Positions 10,901 to 19,858 of a DNA stretch of 64,000 nt are shown here, in pieces. Source of the DNA: Lepidodermella squamata (Eukaryota; Animalia; Gastrotricha); NCBI GenBank assembly GCA_047495785.1, contig JBLDXI010000042.1, positions 1,240,001 through 1,304,000 on the forward strand, given 5' to 3'. Both the position numbers and the translations under genes were made by a program. Below the pieces are notes generated by a model. The model was not told where the DNA came from. It was given only the letters and a program-made list of their open reading frames with translations, and did no database searches. Positions within the stretch are counted from its first letter, which is position 1. Every line of letters begins with the position of its first letter.

Positions 10901-13900
10901 TGTTGTGGCGACCGAAGCAAGCAGTGAAACGTAGACTTCCAGGTATGATTAATCTTACAATTAGTATATTTTCACATAATATTTCCCCAAATAGGAACTG
11001 ATGTCGCTGCTGTTGACCCAAACTACAATCGTCGGGGCTTGCCACAGTGGCGCTTATTCACGGAAGCGGTCATTCGCCTCATAATGAAGTTGAAAGGCAC
11101 GAATCTGCACGCCGGCCCTGTCGAGAAATTCGAAATTCGGCCTCCCGAGGCTCGTATCTTTGCCTCACCTGCTATCTACCACGCGGTGTTCGTCATTGAC
11201 CGAAAAAACTGGCGACCATACAACCCGATGGCCGATCCTTACATCCGCTTTTTCGACGGTTTCAAGCGGGAGGTCCGAATCAACGATTGCAGTTTGCGCA
11301 TCGCGCTCGACTATCTGGCTCAGCAGGACCAATCCAATGCAGCCGTTCAAGCACTCACGGAAATTTTCGAACTCTTGGTCGAAGGCGATCCTGTCTATGT
11401 TGACCGGTAACGATCTTTACGTTTTTTTAATTTCCGGAATATTTCAAATGTACGCTGAACTAGGTACTTGCACGTCACAAATAAGGCGGCGATAATTCCA
11501 GTCCTATCCACCATCTCTCCGCTCAACCGCTTCAACTTCTTGTATCACGTTGTCATGACGTTTGGTCGAATCGAAGATGAGGCTACTACCTTTCCGGCTG
11601 GGCATCTCCGGGCGGCATTTGTTCGATCGGGGCTCATTCGGGTCAATCCTGAAGGCGAGCCGACCAACCTTCCTGCCGACGTGAGGTCTCTGAAGCGTCG
11701 CGTCATTCTCGAAATCTTCGCTTTCCTGCCAATCGGTGTCAAGAGATTCGATTTTTACGTCGCCACTCTGAAATCCATGTTCGAGCAGTTTTTCTTTGGC
11801 GATGGAGGCACCGACAATCTCTCGGCACTGACTGACTGGGATGCGATTGAACGGGAAGTTGACGAGGATATTGTCCGAGCGGAAGGAGAAATGAAGCGGT
11901 CTGTGGTTGAGGTGACGCATTCGCAGCTTGTCGGGAAATTGCCGCTACCACCGCTGTCGGATTTCACTGACGCTACATCGTGTCAACCTTTGGAATGGAT
12001 TCCGAGTCTTCAACGACAACCAGGTCAGTCGGACCAGTCTTTCCAGGAGCAGCAGGCGGCTCTGGCTTTCGGTATGAAGACACTCGAACGCTTCCGAAGC
12101 AGAGCTAGCTTCAAGCACATCGCACTGGTTGGTCCTCCTGGGGCTGGAAAGACAACGCTGGCGCAGATCCTTGCCATGGTTGCCGTTTCTAAGGGACTAC
12201 GAGTTGTCATTACTGCTTTGACCTCGGAGCGAGCACGAGTTCTTGGCGGTCGGCACATCCACTTGCTTTTTCCTTTGCCGGTTAAGCAAATACCGTACAA
12301 AAATGTAATGGCGTATGCTGACGGCTGCCTCAAGAATCTGTGTTTCAAGACTACGCCGTCTGTTGTCCTATATCGGGCTGACGTCTTCATCATCGAAGAA
12401 ATTGGGCTGGTCTCTGCTGAAACCCTGGAAATCTTGGACACAGTTATGAGGAGTCTTACAGGTAAGCAAACCAGCATTTAATTATTACTGGTATTTATAG
12501 TTTTCGTTAGGAGTCGATGCGAAAATGGGTGGCAAATTGATCATTGCTACCGGGGACTTTGCTCAGCTCGAGACGATCAATGGTGAGAGTTGATTTATTG
12601 CAATACTAACATGTATATTGTATTTGTTTTTTTTAATTATCCCAGGTCGATCCTTTTGGGAATCAACACAATTGTACCTCAGCTACGACGTCGCATTGTT
12701 GAAACATTTCGTTCGGGCTGCCACTGACCCGCTACTCCAGCGGGTGCTGTTGATTTTGCGGCAAGGCGTTCTTGACGAGATTGACCGGGACTTCATCCTC
12801 AAAGCTGTGACTAGAACGTGCAACTTTTACGACACTTGGGACAACGTTCCGTTCCTTGTCCAGCGGATCGTCCCAACAAGAGAAGCTGAACAAGAGGTTA
12901 GTTGGAAACGGAAAATTTTGGTGATCACTCTTGCCTTTCATTAATTGATCAGGTCATTCGGAAGTTCCTGCAAGACGCTAGTCTCAGTGGCAAGACTTTG
13001 AAAACAGCTCTATGCATCGACGAAGTAAACACGCGTGGTGCCTGGGAACCTCTTCACCGTCCCGAATGGAAAAAAGCTATCAACAAACAGTCACTCAAGC
13101 CCGAGAACTTAACGCTCTTTGTTGGTGCTGTGGTTGCTATGACCTACAATCACGTAGCGTCGAACCCGCAACACTCCTTCTCCCAAGGGCAGCTAGCTTT
13201 GGTGACGCAGTTGCCGGAAGACATGGCAGCACCGGATGCCAAAATTTCTGTCCGCTTGGTTCCTCCAGGGCTGCGTGACATTGCACCAGATGAGGCTTGG
13301 CCAGAAATAAGTGTGGGCCGGCATCGGGACGATAACGTTGTTGTTGGCGACAACAAAACGCACCTGCGTCGTGTTCAGTTTCCGCTGCGGCATTACATTG
13401 CCTCGACTATTCATCGTGAGTGCTAACCTTGTTTTTATATTCAAGTATATAAAAATGTTAATTGTTTTCAGGAATCATGGGTTCTACCTGCGAGAACGGC
13501 GTTGCGGCCAAGATTTCTTCCAACGAGAAGGTACGTATTGCGAATAATAACTGTCGATATTGATATGTTCAATGTACTGTAATGAAGGGCTACGTGCTAT
13601 GGGAACGGGCGCAGCTTGCTGTCATTCTCTCGCGGTGCCGTTCACTTGACCGTGTGTCATTTGTTGGCGAACGCGCAGACATCACTGTGGCCATCGAAAG
13701 GCTGTTGATGGCAGTCGATGAGCCATACGAGGCTATCGTCGCATCGCTGCAAACGCTGGACGTGCTGCCTACCTCAACAGTCGCCAGTAACTGGTCAGCC
13801 CGACGACAGCAGCAGGTCAGCGACCCCGACGAACTGCCCGACATCACGTTCCGCGTTTTACGAACAACTTCCGGGTTAGTCCACTTACTTATTTGGCGCT

Positions 13901-14949
13901 TTGTATAGTCAACTCACTAATTGCGTATGTCCCATTATATATCGAGTCTTGACAGTTCACATTTCTATAACCATTTTATTATATTTCAAAATAGAATAAG
14001 TCGAACGTTTTCAAGAAAATTTTTCTTATAGATCATTCACGATCGAGCAGCTTGGCGATGCTCAAACTTCCATCCCATTGTAAGTATGGCATTGTTCATC
14101 TGCTTTATATACTATTCAAAACTTCTTCATAGGCCTGCAACCGTTGACCAGGCAAGCTCCTCCGATGCGCCTGTTGCGCCTGTCCCACGGTTAGTATAAC
14201 CTATCAATTCCTTTTCATTGCTTAAAATTCTGCTCAATTTATCAGAGTGCCGACATTGTTGGACTTCTACCGCGTCGTCGGTCCTGATTTGTCGGAACGC
14301 GAGCCCAATGGCGTCGTCTATCAATTGGTGGAGGTGGCTCAGCCGTGGGCCAGCTACTTTGGCGAAACCGAGCAAGCGCCTCTACAGCGACTTTATGACC
14401 ACAATCACAGTAAATACAAGAGAGACTAAAAAAATCGAACTGCTAACATTTGATTTCAGATGCAGGGGCCGCGATGACTCGCGGCAAGCAATGGCATTTG
14501 TACGCCGTCGCTCGTGGCTTGCCTGATGACGAAACCAGGTTGAACCTGGAGAAAAGGTGCCAGGACCTTATTACAGCGCAACCTGAGCTTTTGCCGTGGC
14601 AAGTTAGGACCAAATTTGAGTCCTACGTGGACGACATCAACGCTCGCCTGCATGGGTCCACTGCTGTAATTCGTTACGGCGAGTTGGACGAGGCTAAGGT
14701 TCACCGCCTGCGTATGATCTCCTTGTGAGTCAGCTGATGGATGTCATTCTTTTTACTCAATCCTTTCACTTTTCAGCACGTCGACAATTAGAGTAGCACC
14801 GGCGCCACCGTCAGCGCAAGAAGAAGCAGGTGAACTAATCGACCAAGATCCGCCCCCAAAGCGGTAAATAGATTTAAGTTCACATTTGCTTGTAGCTTTT
14901 TACTATTATTTTCAGAATTCATCTCGCAAATAATTGTTCGCCGTCTTGA
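4984..14949 (+). CDS. Spliced RepHel transposase, ~2,680 aa: tandem Cys/His fingers + HUH Rep + PIF1-like helicase + C-terminal GIY-YIG nuclease (unit 1)
   Basis: 25 hand-assembled exons: 4984-5161, 5213-5305, 5364-5411, 5466-5504, 5630-5851, 5903-5959, 6021-6434, 6486-7229, 7362-7880, 8108-9445, 9694-10681, 10737-10942, 10995-11406, 11464-12461, 12511-12582, 12646-12896, 12953-13415, 13472-13530, 13588-13874, 14032-14079, 14133-14189, 14246-14409, 14460-14724, 14777-14863, 14916-14949. Total 8,043 nt, phases compatible at every junction, no internal stop. All introns GT-AG except intron 2 (GC-AG). Splicing restores helicase motifs split across exons (MGGKLIIATGDFAQL; TIHRIMGST). Confidence 0.85.
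5032..5799 (+). other. Two N-terminal Cys/His putative zinc fingers (5032-5127 and 5704-5799)
   Basis: CSFCKRKRVQISTHCGLVNCPKAKGQHHPKPC and CPVCGAIGRKYLTHCDNEECRISGRGHHANPC share the exact spacing C-x2-C-x8-THC-x4-C-x6-HH-x2-PC. Confidence 0.7.
9415..10580 (+). other. HUH (Y2) Rep endonuclease domain
   Basis: Motif 1 WFGTITCN (Helitron FxTxTCN); motif 2 VRNEFQ...NKSHLHMGI (EFQ...HUH); QRHEC; motif 3 NFQICDSHFSVSYLTSYVAS (YxxxY). The upstream EGALFPSLFY resembles the conserved pre-Rep E..FP.LFP segment. Confidence 0.85.
12110..13670 (+). other. PIF1-like SF1B helicase domain (divergent)
   Basis: Walker A GPPGAGKT (12131-12154), ALTSERARVLGGRHIHLLF, Walker B-like FIIEEIGLVS, MGGKLIIATGDFAQL, LKHFVRAATDP, RVQFPLRHYIASTIHRIMGST, AQLAVILSRCRSL, all in PIF1 order. 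Confidence 0.9.
14307..14560 (+). other. SLX1-like GIY-YIG endonuclease domain (split by intron 14410-14459)
   Basis: Spliced sequence NGVVYQLVEVAQPWASYFGETEQAPLQRLYDHNHNAGAAMTRGKQWHLYAVARGLPDDETRLNLEKR matches the GIY...YIG.T...R...HN...GA..T....W......G........E pattern of SLX1/UPF0213-type nucleases. Confidence 0.75.
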
Positions 14950-15011
14950 TGTTTCTGCCGATCTTCCGATAAATGAAATGTTCCAATTCAATGTTTTTCC
15001 TAGTAGTAGCC

Positions 15012-15017
15012 AATAAA
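15012..15017 (+). promoter_or_regulatory. Putative polyadenylation signal
   Basis: AATAAA about 60 nt after the predicted stop, followed by T-rich sequence; present in all units. Confidence 0.5.
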
Positions 15018-15437
15018 CGTATCGCACTTTTTCTAATAGTGTTTATTGAATCAGAGTTATCAGATCGACTTGACTTAATATGAATCAAATCGCCACGAAA
15101 CCGTAATTTTTCTGATCCTTGTGCTTCGTCCATTATATAATTTTTCTAAAAGATTACCTAACCTCATTGCCATGCTCTTGGCTCTGTGGCAACCGAACCA
15201 TATTCATCTCACAAGTTGGCACTATAGTTGCTTCCGGAACCCACCATAAAGATGACAGATCTTAGTTTCAAGTTTTTCCATTGCATCACCATTGCTAAAT
15301 CAAAATCCATCAAATAAAAATGCTTCCCTGCGTAAATCTATAATTTCAAATCTTAATCACGGAAAATAGGGTTTATATCAAATCAAATCAAACCCAAAGC
15401 ACTGATGAGAATATCAAATTTCAAATGTCATTAACAC

Positions 15438-15620
15438 TGGGGTGAGGGGGAGCCACCGTCCCCTCCAACGACGTGGAGGGGATCTCCAAGGGGTGGTTCG
15501 AGTCCTTACCCATTACCCAGGAGAGTGGAGAAAAAGAAAGAAAAGGCTAGCGCAGCGTAAGCCTTGTCGAACTCTCCTGGATGGGGGCGCGACTCTGGGA
15601 GTTCCGAAGGAACGCCAGTT
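15438..15620 (+). other. Downstream multi-hairpin block (also at 30436-30612, 45429-45607, 60604-60775)
   Basis: Nested stems GGGTGAGG/CCTTACCC, GAGCCACC/GGTGGTTC, TCCCCTCCA/TGGAGGGGA; then CCAGGAGAGT/ACTCTCCTGG enclosing AAGGCT/AGCCTT; then GTTCC-GAA-GGAAC. Contains the B-box-like GGTTCGAGTCC. Confidence 0.65.
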
Positions 15621-15949
15621 CCTTTACACGTGTTTTACACATACGCCGTAGATTACCACGAACGAAGTGAGATTTCATCCCAACAGGGGGGCCCGAGAAC
15701 GCGTTGGTTAACAGGACATTCTCCGATGAAGCCGCCCGATTTATGGTAGTATCCTGGACCCCTCAGGACCTCCCAGAAACTTTTTCAGCTCTAACGGACC
15801 TTCCGTTGATTTTCTAGAAATTAGGACGGTTTTTTCCTATTTTACCGTATTTTTTGGTCACGTGACCCGGAATGGGTAGTATATGAGGGGACAGTAGGAG
15901 GATATGATAAGGACACCAAAAAACTAACCACGCTAACCAGAGTATCCAA

Positions 15950-15992
15950 GCCAGCTGACAGGCTGGCCCCTCGCCCCTGGGGGAGAGGGGCC
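15950..15992. other. GC-rich double hairpin, candidate subterminal signal (in every unit and at 61107-61149)
   Basis: GCCAGC-6-GCTGGC overlapping GGCCCCTC...GAGGGGCC. All 43 nt are invariant in the otherwise diverged copy at 61107. Confidence 0.6.
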
Positions 15993-16407
15993 TACAATAA
16001 ATCAACAATGCTAGCTGGCGACCAAAGAGCAAACGACGAAAAGGCAATATACGTAAAAGTCAAGGTCAATTGAACAATTCTGCGGCGAATAAATTGTGCA
16101 TTTTCCATATACAACAATAGGTTTACATGTAATCGACAACGGAGAATCCGAATATGACGTTCATTTTGTTATGAAGCAATTATAACCCAATGATAGCCCC
16201 TCCAACTAATTTTTCTGTTCACTGCTATGGAGTTGGCATGGTTATATTTTTTATTAAATAACATAATGCAGTTCAAGTTTCAGGGCTCGAAGTTTTAAAG
16301 CACATTTTTAAGTGAGCGGTTCAATAACGCACTGTCTTATTTCCATATTCATATGCATGCGCAGAAACAAAAAAAAATAATAATAACAATAAAAAATTAA
16401 AAGAAAA

Positions 16408-16484
16408 TGTGTCGCGGCCGGGACTCGAACCCTCCATTAACTGCATTTCACAACGTTACACTGAAACCACTCGGCCACAACACA
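16408..16484 (-). pseudogene. tRNA-like / Pol III cassette (unit 2)
   Basis: Minus strand A box TGGCCGAGTGG, B box GGTTCGAGTCC, then TTTTCTTTT. Confidence 0.6.
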
Positions 16485-17199
16485 TCTGACATATCCATCG
16501 CAAATTAAATTTCAATTAAATATTCAACGAAATTATCAAAACAGTTTCCAGCGCCTTCCGGGAATCGGACGCGTCTCTATATAATTTATTCACTATATAA
16601 TTCGCTACGCAGTGGTTCGGAAGGCAGTGGTTCGATTGCTGCTCACATCACATTTTTCCTTCTCATTTTTTCTTCTTAAAATCAGATTTATTTCTGTTTA
16701 ATTTTTTTGCAGAGTGAGCAATAAAAAATAAACGTTTACCATTCACGTGAATCTTCATGAGTACAAAGTGCATGCCTGTCATATGGCCGACACGCGATTC
16801 AGCATCAGCTGTTTCACGGCGCAGCGGCGGCAACAGCAAGCAGACGGTTCGATCCGGTATTCAACCATCATTCACAACGATTTATTTCTCTTCAAAACAA
16901 CCTCTATTTCCCTAATCATTAGAATTACTTATGCTGCCAGCTCCTATCAATCTATCTTCCGCTCGAATCGATAACATTGTGACAATGTTGCTCTCTCAGG
17001 TTTGCTAGTATATTATTCCCAGTTCATATCACCATTCCCACTATAATTACAGCTACTGGATGAAATGGCGATTTCAACACTGTTGTCCACTTTGGTTTTC
17101 CATGGTCACTACTCCCTACCAGAAAGCGGTGAGTACATTATTTTCCTCATTCATTTTTTTTACTATTGTAAAATTTATTGATTTTTTCATTCATTAACA

Positions 17200-19158
17200 C
17201 GTTTTTTTTGCTCCCCAATATTTTCTTTCGTCGTTATGCTCCCGTATTCGACGTTTTCGCCATCAGCAACGTCGATTCCACTAATTCATGTCATTTAATT
17301 TTACCCTGATTTACTTTTTTCAAGAATTTTTTCAAACTTTGAAATTCCAAACCAAGGTCGTAGGTTGGTGCCCGACCTCTCATTTTTTCGCCCTCAAATA
17401 TTTTCTTTCATCGATATGCTCCCGTTCTCGACGTTTTCGCCATCAGCAACGTCGATTCCACTAATTCATGTCAATTAATTTTACCCTGATTTACTTTTTT
17501 CAAGAATTTTTTCAAACTTTGAAATTCCAAACCAAGGTCGTAGGTTGGTGCCCGACCTCTCATTTTTTCGCCCTCAAATATTTTCTTTCATCGATATGCT
17601 CCCGTTCTCGACGTTTTCGCCATCAGCAACGTCGATTCCACTAATTCATGTCAATTAATTTTACCCTGATTTACTTTTTTCAAGAATTTTTTCAAACTTT
17701 GAAATTCCAAACCAAGGTCGTAGGTTGGTGCCCGACCTCTCATTTTTTCGCCCTCAAATATTTTCTTTCATCGATATGCTCCCGTTCTCGACGTTTTCGC
17801 CATCAGCAACGTCGATTCCACTAATTCATGTCAATTAATTTTACCCTGATTTACTTTTTTCAAGAATTTTTTCAAACTTTGAAATTCCAAACCAAGGTCG
17901 TAGGTTGGTGCCCGACCTCTCATTTTTTCGCCCTCAAATATTTTCTTTCATCGATATGCTCCCGTTCTCGACGTTTTCGCCATCAGCAACGTCGATTCCA
18001 CTAATTCATGTCAATTAATTTTACCCTGATTTACTTTTTTCAAGAATTTTTTCTAACTTTGAAATTCCAAACCAAGGTCGTAGGTTGGTGCCCGACCTCT
18101 CATTTTTTCGCCCTCAAATATTTTCTTTCATCGATATGCTCCCGTTCTCGACGTTTTCGCCATCAGCAACGTCGATTCCACTAATTCATGTCAATTAATT
18201 TTACCCTGATTTACTTTTTTCAAGAATTTTTTCAAACTTTGAAATTCCAAACCAAGGTCGTAGGTTGGTGCCCGACCTCTCATTTTTTCGCCCTCAAATA
18301 TTTTCTTTCATCGATATGCTCCCGTTCTCGACGTTTTCGCCATCAGCAACGTCGATTCCACTAATTCATGTCAATTAATTTTACCCTGATTAACTTTTTT
18401 CAAGAATTTTTTCAAACTTTGAAATCCCAAACCAAGGTCGTAGGTTGGTGCCCGACCTCTCATTTTTCGCCCTCAAATATTTTCTTTCATCGATATGCTC
18501 CCGTTCTCGACGTTTTCGCCATCAGCAACGTCGATTCCACTAATTCATGTCAATTAATTTTACCCTGATTTACTTTTTTCAAGAATTTTTTCAAACTTTG
18601 AAATTCCAAACCAAGGTCGTAGGTTGGTGCCCGACCTCTCATTTTTTCGCCCTCAAATATTTTCTTTCATCGATATGCTCCCGTTCTCGACGTTTTCGCC
18701 ATCAGCAACGTCGATTCCACTAATTCATGTAAATTAATTCTACCCTGATTTACTTTTTTCAAGAATTTTTTCAAACTTTGAAATCCCAAACCAAGGTCGT
18801 AGGTTGGTGCCCGACCTCTCATTTTTTCGCCCTCAAATATTTTCTTTCATCGATATGCTCCCGTTCTCGACGTTTTCGCCATCAGCAACGTCGATTCCAC
18901 TAATTCATGTCAATTAATTTTACCCTGATTTACTTTTTTCAAGAATTTTTTCAAACTTTGAAATCCCAAACCAAGGTCGTAGGTTGGTGCCCGACCTCTC
19001 ATTTTTTCGCCCTCAAATATTTTCTTTCATCGATATGCTCCCGTTCTCGAAGTTTTCGCCATCAGCAACGTCGATTCCACTAATTCATGTCAATTAATTT
19101 TACCCTGATTTACTTTTTTCAAGAATTTTTTCAAACTTTGAAATTCCAAACGAAGGTC
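17200..19158. repeat. 180-bp tandem satellite, type B, ~11 monomers
   Basis: 180-bp period (one 179-bp monomer). About 84% identical to type A with no indels. Confidence 0.98.
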
Positions 19159-19404
19159 ATTTTTTTGAATTTTAGAATTTCGGAAATTTATATTAGCATT
19201 TCATTTTTTTTTATTTTTTCTCTTTTTTACCAGTTTGCGAATCGAATGACCGATGTTGCACATGCTGTAATCAAATGGCTGAAAACGATTTCAAGACGAA
19301 GTGATTTGTGATTTTTCAAACGTGCTACTTCATTTGAACGTTGTTTACCAGCTTTGCTGTATGATGCTTTTTAAATTATATTGTTCCAAACCCCATTTTC
19401 GCTG

Positions 19405-19699
19405 ACCCAGGCAGTAATAGGGTAGAGATGCCGTCTCAATGCCCGGCTATGCAGTTAAATAGCCAACCGACGTTGGAATAGTCGGTATAAACTTCCACCG
19501 TCCCGGCTCAGACGGCGAAAACGACCACGTCTTGGTGAGACGGTAAAAAAAACTCCGACAAGGCAAGGTCGGTAAAAAACTTCCAAAATGTCCGCAGGGC
19601 TGAGCGACCAGCGCCCTCACTGTGATTCGTCACAAATACTAAGCTGGAAGGGAACCTATGACGATCTGTCAGGCATCTTCGGATCCGAGGTTTCTCCCC
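19405..19699 (+). ncRNA. Candidate structured element (unit 2)
   Basis: About 5 substitutions versus unit 1 in and next to the block, almost all in unpaired linkers. Confidence 0.55.
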
Positions 19700-19858
19700 G
19701 ATATTTCAATTATTGATGTGCATTGGTAATTTCAATAAAATATGTTTTTCATTTCAATATATTTTTTTTAATTGATGTTCTTCATTCCATTCGCATATGG
19801 TGTTATTTTTTATTTATCTAGTTTTATGATGACAATTTTGTGATTATGAACTGGAATC

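Larger units (their letters stand above)
1..15592 (+). mobile_element. Helitron-like rolling-circle element, unit 1 (diverged variant, left end outside or at the window edge)
   Basis: Colinear with units 2-4 (position 1 corresponds to about 16266). Encodes a Rep-helicase-GIY-YIG gene. The right boundary is placed at the position equivalent to the identity breakpoint seen in unit 4 (60752); true termini are not proven. Confidence 0.8.

Noticed and set aside
11468-13908. Host PIF1 helicase gene
   Set aside because: It is fused in frame to an HUH Rep domain and repeated within 15-kb units, which is transposon architecture.
6045-14704. Minus-strand and alternate-frame ORFs overlapping the exons
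   Set aside because: Shadows of GC-rich coding sequence with no recognisable motifs. Substitutions between variants are mostly synonymous in the main frame.
15400-15440. Hammerhead ribozyme at CTGATGAG
   Set aside because: No GAAA after a stem II and no convincing stems I or III.
15450-15513. Group II intron domain V/VI (GAGCC...GGTTC...CCTTACCCAT)
   Set aside because: The stem is about 50 nt rather than about 34, lacks the typical bulge and tetraloop, and leaves no room for domain VI.
15814-16047. 77-aa minus-strand ORF retained in the diverged copy
   Set aside because: No ATG start, no domain, many amino-acid changes; its conserved core is explained by the hairpin sequence.
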